Virus record (IMG/VR): IMGVR_UViG_3300035498_000371
Coordinates: 160,001 to 224,000 of that record
Source: a virus
Lineage: Duplodnaviria > Caudoviricetes
DNA: 64,000 nucleotides
Direction: 5' to 3' (one strand)
This document shows positions 10,401 through 18,126 of this stretch, piece after piece; position 1 is the stretch's first letter; every line of letters begins with the position of its first letter. The notes under the pieces were generated by a model. The model worked only from the letters and a program-made list of their open reading frames with translations. It was not told the DNA's origin and made no database searches. Made by a program: the position numbers and the translations under genes.

Positions 10401-11756
10401 GTTGGTGTAAATAGGCAGACTACAATAAACCCTAATATTGTTGGCGGTAGAGGTTATTTTAAGCAATCTGATGAGGAGAATATGAGTGTTACTAATACTT
10501 TATGTATGACTGAGGCTTTATCTCCATTCGTTGTTACATCTGATGATCCATTCAGAAATGATATGACTTTCGTACAGACTGCTAAGCATTCTACACCAAT
10601 AGATTATAGTACTCCTATGCTGGTAACAACTGGAGCTGATGCTGCAATGCCATATTTATGCTCAAATATGTTTGCTGCTAAAGCAAAATCTAAGGGTACG
10701 GTTAAGGAAGTTACTAAAGATTATATGATTATCCAGTATGATAATGGAGAGAAAGATTATATAAATCTTGATGAACAAACTATGAAAAACTCTGATGGTG
10801 GTTTCTATATTTCTCTTCAATTAAAGACTGACCTCAAGGAAGGTTCTAAAGTAAAAGAAGGAGAAGTAGTAGCATACGATAGCAAATCTTTCTCTAAATC
10901 TGTTGGAGATAATAGACAGTTGGCTTATAATATGGGCTGTATGATTAAGGCTGCTGTTATGACTACAGAAGATGGATTTGAGGATTCTGGTAAATGCTCT
11001 GAATGGTTAACAGAGGCGATGTCATCAGACATTGTGGTTATGAAACCTGTAGATCTTCCCCCATCTACCAATATTTTATTCTTAATAAAGAAGGGTACCG
11101 AAGTGAGGGAAGGAGAACCAATCTTAATATTCCAGAATGCATATGATGAAGAAGACGCTAACGTTCTTCTTAAGAATCTTAATAATGAAGATGGAGATGT
11201 ATCAGAGATAGGAAGAAATGTAATCAAGTCTAAGGTTACTGGAGTTATTTCCGATATTAAAATCTATCGTACTTGTGAGATTGATGACCTTTCTGATAGC
11301 TTAAAGAAGATTGTAAAATCTAAAGAATCTGAAATTAATAGGCTTAAGTCTAAGTCTAAAGGAAGTGTTTCAGAGGTTCAGTTTGATTCTACTGAAAAAT
11401 TGCCTCAGAATGGTAAGCTTAAGAACTTAGATGGTGTTCGTATTGAGATATATATGAAATACCATGATCCATTATCTGTTGGTGATAAGATAGTCGTTCT
11501 TAATGCTAATAAGAACGTTCTTATGGACGTCTATGATGACGAAGATGCTCCTTATACCGATTATAGACCTAATGAAGCTATAGATCAGATTACTTCTGCC
11601 AGCTCAATGGATGGTCGTATGATTACTTCTATTATGAAGACTGGAGCGTTGAATAAACTTATGATAGAGTTAGCTAGACATGCTTGTGAAATGAATGGTC
11701 TTAAATGGAAAGATTTGCATGAAATTAGAGAAGACTATCTTAAAAATAACCAATAA
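7425..11756 (+). CDS. Multisubunit RNA polymerase beta subunit, N-terminal part (probably virion RNAP)
   Basis: FVQTAKH, sandwich-barrel motifs AKAKSKGTVKEV and VKEGEVVAY, DGFEDS, VGDKIVVLNANKN, SSMDGRM. Ends before the C-terminal beta regions. AAGGAGG SD before ATG 7425; promoter at 7390-7402. Confidence 0.85.
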   Translation: MLYLEDLKYMKLYKKKFYAPINKKNKKTGSAILLLTPNYDASKFLMNNPFMINRNAFISYYIEKDITYTINHESKYLEISYHDADTIALNEQAVYTESTDVQVISEMEEDYTINELYCKLGDSMIFFNELYDETILNEKGAYAEKYRKLLYYDRIRNNRDVLQLYKKIKEDNPWIKKTFIDYKRYKSFNLFIDLYYYNQIYLANNNYTIIKSIDMYLEFIRRFLTDKRIDTAGYTKKTIFIPVNFWGKKPGTMVYDYKNNLNPISIIYKKLRLSIEDLHALDGLEMVFFGNNGYFKFKTDDVTKQTHTKFLRFIKALEDNETIDDSDEPDNSPDGITTEIIDKLDTNRGIKIHNLTGNAESEEEQEQLKAELVKRISDASKTAANEDDVLDNLENDEFVKKVISDLGDDAEDNIKISAARATRITKAQDNFMKKSINNKSVKDMVNESNKPEELPETELPIETINEEWKHMKAINFEKEYDLDADIIKILNSLSDTNKEYPVSILDVKMEDTSTSEDSIYTYTVKCEDYSGKRFTLKFDIPKFRDNRFMRLRGNEKIFSIEMPLIPISKTDEDTVQIVSFYNKIFIERYNTSTGKSNPDAARFIKAMNKYSGSDIKVSVGDNTRICSKYELPIDYVDLASMYSKIEYSAKGGLLKDRFTIYFNQDELRKDIKNLNESEGLPVGLYNDGRVIYYVANEDNTFASFISVLLGDDFYESFRSQAKPKKCTYSRASILNTNIPVITILAHDLGLTKAMDIAGIDYDISEKRTPRSDEDDTIKLADGFIHYKSTYTSMMLMNGLKDCNMEDVQITELNSKITWVNILENFGGRIKSDGLTNFKDLMYDPITVEVSRDYKLPDNYHDALVYASNLLVDNKFTTHTDISTNRYRTNEVVAAQFYRVLSDSYKEYALQNKHGRKVPMSMKQSAVIDLILAQNTTSDLSVFQPLLEIETKNTISTKGVTGMNSERAYKIDKRGYDDSMVNVIAQATGFASTVGVNRQTTINPNIVGGRGYFKQSDEENMSVTNTLCMTEALSPFVVTSDDPFRNDMTFVQTAKHSTPIDYSTPMLVTTGADAAMPYLCSNMFAAKAKSKGTVKEVTKDYMIIQYDNGEKDYINLDEQTMKNSDGGFYISLQLKTDLKEGSKVKEGEVVAYDSKSFSKSVGDNRQLAYNMGCMIKAAVMTTEDGFEDSGKCSEWLTEAMSSDIVVMKPVDLPPSTNILFLIKKGTEVREGEPILIFQNAYDEEDANVLLKNLNNEDGDVSEIGRNVIKSKVTGVISDIKIYRTCEIDDLSDSLKKIVKSKESEINRLKSKSKGSVSEVQFDSTEKLPQNGKLKNLDGVRIEIYMKYHDPLSVGDKIVVLNANKNVLMDVYDDEDAPYTDYRPNEAIDQITSASSMDGRMITSIMKTGALNKLMIELARHACEMNGLKWKDLHEIREDYLKNNQ

Positions 11757-11837
11757 ATATCAAGAACATAGAAGTAACGTGGATCAAGTTATTAGCCAAC
11801 TTGTAGCGTAAAATATTTTTTATAGGAGGAAACTAAA

Positions 11838-12467
11838 ATGGCTGATATTAAAAAAACTTTGCTTAAAAAGAAAGTTGCTGGCACTGTATATGGTCTTTAC
11901 CCAGAGACCTCTGCGGACATCGTTAAATATGGCGATTCCAGCACAGTCGCAGATGAGTTAGCAAAACTCATTGCTAAGATGGGCAATGGAGACGGAAGTG
12001 TATCTCAGGAGATCGCAGACGCCGTTGAGAAAGCTAAGAAAGAGTTGCTGGGTATTGACGAGACTAATACTCAGATTAACGAAGCTTATGATACATTGCG
12101 TGAGATCGCTGAGTGGATCACATCTGACGAGTCAGGTGCAGCTAAGATCGCTGCTGATGTTGCAGCTGTAACTAAGACTGTAAATGGTGACGGCGAGTCT
12201 GATACAGGTTTAGTTGGTGCTGTTTCTGATCTTAAGGCTGAACTCGATACAGAGGGTACTGGCGTTAAGGCTCGCTTAACAGCTGCTGAGGAGGATATCG
12301 ATGCACTTCAGGCAACAGTCGATACTAAGACTACTGGTCTTACAGACAAGGTTGCTGCATTAGAGGCTTCTTCTACACAGGTTAACGTTGTAGCTAGCGA
12401 CTTCGCTGAGTCTGAGATGAATGACAACGATATCTACTTCGTTGAGCTTGCAGCCTCTGCTTCCTAA
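11838..12467 (+). CDS. Tail-fibre-associated coiled-coil protein
   Basis: N-terminal LYPETSADIV motif, YDTLREIAEWI fibre motif, heptad repeats. Confidence 0.6.
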   Translation: MADIKKTLLKKKVAGTVYGLYPETSADIVKYGDSSTVADELAKLIAKMGNGDGSVSQEIADAVEKAKKELLGIDETNTQINEAYDTLREIAEWITSDESGAAKIAADVAAVTKTVNGDGESDTGLVGAVSDLKAELDTEGTGVKARLTAAEEDIDALQATVDTKTTGLTDKVAALEASSTQVNVVASDFAESEMNDNDIYFVELAASAS

Positions 12468-12573
12468 CTTCCGCTTGGTAAGGTAATCAGAATATAGCAA
12501 ATAAGATTATTCTTAACTAAAAATATCCTCCTAAGATACATTGTCTTAGGAGGATTATAAAGGCGGTGAATGA

Positions 12574-12840
12574 ATGGAAAAAGAGGTAGAACTCAGAAAG
12601 AAAGTGAATGGGTCTGCGTGTACTCTCTATCCAAAAACATCTGCCGAAAATGTTAAATATTCTAGCGACCAATCAGTAGCGGATATTTTATCTGGGATTC
12701 TTGCTGATATTAAACTTATCAAGGAGAATCTTGGTATAACGGAAGAAGTATATGCAAAAGATTCATCTGGCAATGTCTTAGATGACGGAAGTGGAACAAA
12801 TATCGTACTGTTGAGTAAAGCAACAGGCCTCTCCAATTAA
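12574..12840 (+). CDS. Small tail-fibre adaptor-like protein
   Basis: Shares the N-terminal LYPKTSAENV motif with 11838 and 14528. Confidence 0.55.
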   Translation: MEKEVELRKKVNGSACTLYPKTSAENVKYSSDQSVADILSGILADIKLIKENLGITEEVYAKDSSGNVLDDGSGTNIVLLSKATGLSN

Positions 12841-12884
12841 TGAAGAAAATGATACGTTCTATGGTCGATAATAAAGCAGCATAA

Positions 12885-12910
12885 CCCTCTAGGCTTAATT
12901 GCCTAGAGGG
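12885..12910. terminator. Bidirectional terminator
   Basis: CCCTCTAGGC-TTAATT-GCCTAGAGGG between convergent genes. Confidence 0.75.
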
Positions 12911-12923
12911 ATATCTTCTGTTT

Positions 12924-13442
12924 TTATAAGCATACTCTTTTTACATTGGTTAAATCATCATGATTGATGATATCGGTAATCTTATCTACAGTATTGGCGT
13001 CAAGATAATGTAATGATTTAAGATAGACTATAATAGAGCCATGTGGTTCATTCTCTACAGCCCCAATCCATTTATCCCAGTTAGCAGCCTGAAGATCGAT
13101 AAAATCATTATCGTTACCACGTAGATACATTCTACCAATCCATTCTGCTTTACATTGCTTAGATGGATAAACTGTTACATAATCGATACCAGCATCTTCT
13201 AATGCTTTACGAACCTGAATGTGAGATGATACTAAGATTATATCAGCAGTATCAAGATTATCTTTAATATGCTGGATATAATTTGCAGGAAATTCAGGAT
13301 TACGTTCTTTTGTACCGTCTTCATGAATAATCCATGAGAATGAAGAAGAATCAGAGTCTAATACTCTTTTTCCTCTAACGGTATTTGTATAATAAGATTT
13401 ACCACATGCTGGATAAGTGCTAATTACTAAAGCTTTCTTCAT
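12924..13442 (-). CDS. P-loop NTPase / nucleotide-kinase-like protein
   Basis: Walker A-like YPACGKS followed by VLDSDSS. Confidence 0.6.
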   Translation of the reverse strand: MKKALVISTYPACGKSYYTNTVRGKRVLDSDSSSFSWIIHEDGTKERNPEFPANYIQHIKDNLDTADIILVSSHIQVRKALEDAGIDYVTVYPSKQCKAEWIGRMYLRGNDNDFIDLQAANWDKWIGAVENEPHGSIIVYLKSLHYLDANTVDKITDIINHDDLTNVKRVCL

Positions 13443-13456
13443 ATATTTTCCTCCAT

Positions 13457-13909
13457 TTAATTTAGTTTACATACAACAATTTCTATATCCATATCATTGA
13501 ATACGCTATGAATTGCTTGGTAAACATCATCCCATCTTAATCTATCTAAACCACAACCAATGGCTGGCATAGCGACTTTAGTGATGTTATTAAGAAGGCA
13601 TGTCTGCCTCATATGAGATAACGCACCAATTAATGAATATATTGTAGGCTTATCCCAATAATGTATTTTAGTTACCAGATTAAGAACTCTTCCATCTAAT
13701 AAGCAATCTCCATATAGGATCTTATCATAATCATTATGATTAGATAAATAATCGGGATATTTTATCATAAGATTATTCTTGGTATTGAATCTCTTATTGA
13801 ATTCTACAGCGATCCCTCTACCCATACCGAAATCTGCGCTAATGCATTGAGCCAGATAATAATCTTCTGGCATTGAGAATAAATCTCTTATTTCTTCAGT
13901 ATATACCAT
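13457..13909 (-). CDS. Macrodomain protein (Poa1p/TARG1/DarG-like ADP-ribosyl hydrolase)
   Basis: AQCISADFGMGRGIA, NLVTK and AMPAIGCGLDRLRW motifs. Confidence 0.8.
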   Translation of the reverse strand: MVYTEEIRDLFSMPEDYYLAQCISADFGMGRGIAVEFNKRFNTKNNLMIKYPDYLSNHNDYDKILYGDCLLDGRVLNLVTKIHYWDKPTIYSLIGALSHMRQTCLLNNITKVAMPAIGCGLDRLRWDDVYQAIHSVFNDMDIEIVVCKLN

Positions 13910-14361
13910 TATTTATCCTCCTTAGATGGAGTTTTAAGATCTTCTTGCATCTTCTTAATCTGTTCTTCTGTATCAATGCCATCACGTTGGATTATCTGTA
14001 ATATAATTATCTTATTGCCAGCGTTATCCATCTTAACGTTGAAATCAATACTAACGACTGAACGATCATTCATTACAGCAAAATCAATCTCATAGCCAAC
14101 GCTATCGGCTACCATTAATTGTAATGGTAAATTTTTGAATACAACGATAATATTATCGTCATCATTTGTACCATAATTCATAGAATAATCATCAGTTTCG
14201 TCATTAATGAATGTAAGAACTAACCAACGTCTCCCAAAATTGGCAATACGAATAAGAATTTCAACCTCATCTGTTTCTCCATCTAAGCATATTGATCGCG
14301 ATTCCAATAACCTCTTAGACTGTTGAATAAATACTTCTGTAGATAAATCCACTTTACGCAT
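13909..14361 (-). CDS. Hypothetical protein
   Basis: AGGAGG SD; promoter at 14388-14400 (minus); coupled to the macrodomain gene. Confidence 0.5.
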   Translation of the reverse strand: MRKVDLSTEVFIQQSKRLLESRSICLDGETDEVEILIRIANFGRRWLVLTFINDETDDYSMNYGTNDDDNIIVVFKNLPLQLMVADSVGYEIDFAVMNDRSVVSIDFNVKMDNAGNKIIILQIIQRDGIDTEEQIKKMQEDLKTPSKEDK

Positions 14362-14527
14362 AATTAAGACCTCCTAAAAATAAAATTTTACTCAAATGTG
14401 AGGCTTATGTTATTTGAGCAAAATTATCAACCTCTTTGGGTAACATCTAATTAATATCTGAAGGTGGGTCCGTGGAGCCATCCACTCCACAGATATGTAA
14501 AATCTACGAAAGGAAGGTAAAATCGTT

Positions 14528-15019
14528 ATGGCAATTAATAAAGCTACACTTGCAAAAGAGATTGATGGCGTCATTGAGTATATCTATCCAAAAACATCTG
14601 GTGATATAGTCGTGTATGATGAAACTCATAGCGTTAATGCTATGATTCAAAGTCTCTTAGAGAACAAAGTGGACAAGGAAGACAATAAAGGTCTTTCTGA
14701 GTACGACTTCACTAAGACGTACAGAGATAAGCTTGAAGGTATCGCTGCTGGAGCGACTAAAGTTGTTCTTGATAGCGAGTTATCTACAACAAGCGCCAAT
14801 GGTGTACAGAACAAAGTAGTTGCTAGCAGATTTTCTACAGTAGAAGAGAATGTTTCAGCCCTCCAGAAAACTGTTAGTGATCTGAGTAACGACACTGCAA
14901 CCAGTGATTCATTATCGAAGCTTACTGATAGGGTAAGTACTCTTGAATCGTTCAAAAATGACTTAGGAAGCGCTCTTACCGTATCAAACGGTCAGCTCTG
15001 CGCTATCTATGCACAATAA
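14528..15019 (+). CDS. Tail-fibre-associated protein
   Basis: IYPKTSGDIV N-terminal motif; KVDKEDNKGLSEYDFT...KLEGIAAGA and LDSELSTTSANGVQNKVV fibre repeats. Confidence 0.7.
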   Translation: MAINKATLAKEIDGVIEYIYPKTSGDIVVYDETHSVNAMIQSLLENKVDKEDNKGLSEYDFTKTYRDKLEGIAAGATKVVLDSELSTTSANGVQNKVVASRFSTVEENVSALQKTVSDLSNDTATSDSLSKLTDRVSTLESFKNDLGSALTVSNGQLCAIYAQ

Positions 15020-15039
15020 TTTAAAGGAGGAATAAAGAT

Positions 15040-15915
15040 ATGGCTACAACAGTTACAAAACCTATCATCTTAGACGAAACTGGTAACAAGATCGTCGATG
15101 CTATGGGTAACATTGTTACGTCACTTAATGATCTTAAAAAGATCCAGCTGGCTAATAACGCTGGCGCTCACAATGGTCTTTACCGTGGTAAAGACTTATC
15201 AAACACTTACACCGATACAGAGATTTATGATATGATTTCTACAGGAGATCTTTCTGACCTCTATGTAGGTGACTACTTCAAGAAATCTATCACTTCTACC
15301 ATCGGTGGAACAGAAGATATCGATGTTCAGATCGCAGGATTCAACCCTTACTACAACGTTGGAGATACTGCATTGACTCGTAACCATGCAGCCGTTGTCA
15401 CTAAAGACTGCGTTCAGACTTTGGCTCAGATGAATACCACAAACACAACTGTTGGAGGTTACGTTGCTACAGATATGTACAAGACTACATTACCTGCATA
15501 CGCTAACGCTTTACAGCAGGCTATCGGATCTACACACATCATCTCTCGTCGTGCTTTACTTACGACTGGTATTAATAATACAGATCAGTCTGCAGGAATT
15601 GGTACAGGGCGAAGCAATGCATGGTCTTGGTACGATGAATTAGTAGGTATTATGACTGAAGCAGAAGTATACGGAGCACCTGTATTTAGTTCATCAGGAT
15701 ATGATACAGGAGAAGCTTGCATCCAGTTACCTCTCTTTGCGTTGAATCCTTCGTCTAGGGTGGCAGGCAAAGGTAGAAATGGATCAAGACAGTGGTATTG
15801 GTTAAGAAGTATTGCTAATTCCACCTACTTCTGCCACGTCAACTACTATGGCTATGCCATCTACGGCAACGCGTCCGATGCTGGCGGCGTTCGCCTCCGC
15901 TTCCTGATCGGTTAA
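15040..15915 (+). CDS. DGR target protein, C-terminal CLec/DUF6273-like domain; probable receptor-binding protein
   Basis: WYWLRS...GGVRLRF C-terminus contains the VR; tail-fibre context. Confidence 0.9.
   Translation: MATTVTKPIILDETGNKIVDAMGNIVTSLNDLKKIQLANNAGAHNGLYRGKDLSNTYTDTEIYDMISTGDLSDLYVGDYFKKSITSTIGGTEDIDVQIAGFNPYYNVGDTALTRNHAAVVTKDCVQTLAQMNTTNTTVGGYVATDMYKTTLPAYANALQQAIGSTHIISRRALLTTGINNTDQSAGIGTGRSNAWSWYDELVGIMTEAEVYGAPVFSSSGYDTGEACIQLPLFALNPSSRVAGKGRNGSRQWYWLRSIANSTYFCHVNYYGYAIYGNASDAGGVRLRFLIG
15817..15904 (+). repeat. DGR variable repeat (VR) with GC-rich 3' end/IMH
   Basis: 88-bp ungapped match to 17837-17924 with 12 mismatches, all opposite TR A. May extend to 15812 with 3 more A mismatches. 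Confidence 0.97.
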
Positions 15916-15917
15916 TC

Positions 15918-15952
15918 GATGGGCCGTAGCCCCCTCGTGGGGCGTGGCCATC
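15918..15952 (+). promoter_or_regulatory. DGR target-recognition hairpin/cruciform
   Basis: GCCCC-CTCGT-GGGGC core extended by GATG(G)GCC/GGCCATC, immediately 3' of the VR and stop codon. Confidence 0.75.
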
Positions 15953-16943
15953 ACTTAATGGATAAGGAAGGTCTAGCGGAAGGATAAAAGCCGTAGGCTT
16001 ATTTTCGCGCGAAGCGCCCGAAAAAATTTTAGGCCTTCCTAGATGAACCATTTTCGGTAAGTTTAGGAAGGCTTATTTTATCATTTTCGAATTTATAGAC
16101 GCACTATGACCGAGTGATGTGGTTGCTAATTAAAACGTTGATATCGTGGAATTATTGTTGGATTTTTATTTTTGGTTATCATTTTATTTCTTTTTCATGA
16201 CGATATATTTGTATGATTATTTTATCTTTATATGAATTCGTATACTGATAGATGATTCTATATAAATCGTATAAATAATGAATGATTGTATAATAACTAA
16301 TCTTACATGATATAGAATATATTTGATAACTATCTTATATCTTATTTTAAAATAATGAATGATGGTATTTGAATATTAAACGAAGAGTATCTTAGTTCTA
16401 TATACGAAAATATAAGTGGTTAGATTTAAATATAGAATTAATTTTATTTTTTCATTTAATATCACACATTGTGCGGTATGTAAACTATTATTCATCTATC
16501 ATGTAATTAATGCATTTTAAGCATTAAAATAAATCTTATAAAGACTAAATAAGAGATTATTTAGCGATGGATATGGTATCACAATTGATACTAATTAAAT
16601 CCTATATTGTGATAAATATAATTCATTCAAACTAACTCTCTGAACAGATTTAAACTTTCTTTCTAACCTTGGTTACATTTCATAGAAATAAAATTTATTT
16701 GAAAACTGAATAGAGAAAAATGTAACTAAAAGAAATGAAAAATACTAGCAGGGATAAAGTAAAAGAATATTTAATATGCTACTTGTGATTTATTAATCAT
16801 ATTATAAAACGCTGTTGGATAATGTAATAGATCTTAATACTAATGGGCTTATGGATTGTTCTACTGGTCTTATAAATCACATTCAAGAAATAATAACTCT
16901 GGTGTAGATTAGATAAAGATAATGGGTATAATAATAACCGAAA

Positions 16944-16956
16944 TACATTATGGTAA
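16944..16956 (+). promoter_or_regulatory. Phage ACA-N6-TAA promoter upstream of avd-TR-RT
   Basis: TACA-TTATGG-TAA, 26 nt before the avd ATG. Confidence 0.6.
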
Positions 16957-16982
16957 ATTTATATGTATGGAGGCGATGAAAT

Positions 16983-17711
16983 ATGTCTGTTATTAAGAGA
17001 AAGAGAACTAAATCTAATTTACAAGCGCTGTATGATGCACAAAAAATGAGGACTAGCGTTAGCAGATTGATGCTAAAAGACTTCGGTGCGAAACCTAAAG
17101 TGAGAACCGTTGAGGATATTGCTAAGAATTATAAAATGAGTTCAAGAGATGCCGAAAAATATTTAGAGTTGACGAAGAAATATGGAATTACCACGACGTT
17201 GGAAGAGTTTCCATATTGGTTCGTCGATGATCTACGGAGATCGGTGTCGACATGTATGAGGGAGATGGCTGAGCATATTACGATTGCTAATAGTATTTAC
17301 CCAAATAGCATCTATGAATGCGATTTAAGAAGACAACATCAAGACATTGCCATCGGGCAATGCGAATTTTTATTACAAGAGTTGCAATATATAATGAGCG
17401 TAATACCATTGAACGTAAATAAATTGATGCCGTATGTGGAAATGGTTGAAAAAGAGATTGCTTTGCTTAAAGCATGGAGAAAATCCGACAATTCCACCAG
17501 GACAAGAATCATCAATAATGAAATCGAAAAGTATTCGCAGGCTCCACAACTGTTATATCCATATTTGCAATACTCTAATAATTATATTGGCCAATTTAAA
17601 CAACCATTGCAATCATATCCTACAATGGTAGAGCAGCCCATAATGGAAAAGCGTATCATGTGCGTCATAGTTCCAAAGAAATCGCCTTATAAATCTTGTA
17701 GTTCTCATTAG
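16983..17711 (+). CDS. avd: DGR accessory variability determinant (Avd-like) with C-terminal extension
   Basis: MSVIKRKRTKS start, ANSIYP, RRQHQDIAIGQC, EIALLKAWRKSD helical-bundle pattern; lies directly upstream of TR. Confidence 0.85.
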   Translation: MSVIKRKRTKSNLQALYDAQKMRTSVSRLMLKDFGAKPKVRTVEDIAKNYKMSSRDAEKYLELTKKYGITTTLEEFPYWFVDDLRRSVSTCMREMAEHITIANSIYPNSIYECDLRRQHQDIAIGQCEFLLQELQYIMSVIPLNVNKLMPYVEMVEKEIALLKAWRKSDNSTRTRIINNEIEKYSQAPQLLYPYLQYSNNYIGQFKQPLQSYPTMVEQPIMEKRIMCVIVPKKSPYKSCSSH

Positions 17712-17836
17712 AGAGCGAATGTTGTTATTGTTGTAAGTACTACTGCGCGTATGCAGATTGGTATGAATTCGAACATTACTGTGATGGATTTACTAGCTCC
17801 ACTTCCATCGTTGTTACAGGGATTCAACTTGTTAAA

Positions 17837-17924
17837 AATTCCACCAACTTCTGCAACGTCAACAACAATGGCAATGCCAACTACAACAACGCGTCCAATG
17901 CTAACGGCGTTCGCCTCCGATTCC
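17837..17924 (+). repeat. DGR template repeat (TR)
   Basis: AAC/AAT-rich copy of the VR (12 AAY codons in the VR frame), located between avd and RT. Confidence 0.97.
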
Positions 17925-18110
17925 ATTTTGCGGTACTACGAGTAGAAGTCTCTGAATGGAGCTTCGATACCGTAACTCGGAAGGAAGTTGAGTCCTGTCC
18001 GCAAGGCGAATTTATAATATGATGCTATTTTGATACGTCACAGTGGCTATTACATATTAGCGGGAGTGGTCACTAGATCACTCCGCATATCTTATGCACT
18101 GCTATACGAA
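17925..18110 (+). ncRNA. DGR RNA spacer (structured region 3' of TR)
   Basis: Stems CGGTA/TACCG, GAAGTCTC/GAGCTTC, and GCGG(G)AGTGGTC/GATCACTCCGC (18060-18086). Confidence 0.55.
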
Positions 18111-18126
18111 TGGAGGGTAATTATGA

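Noticed and set aside
17708-17945. ORFs 17751-17945 (+) and 17708-17926 (-) over the TR
   Set aside because: No SD; their low-complexity translations simply reflect the AAC-rich TR
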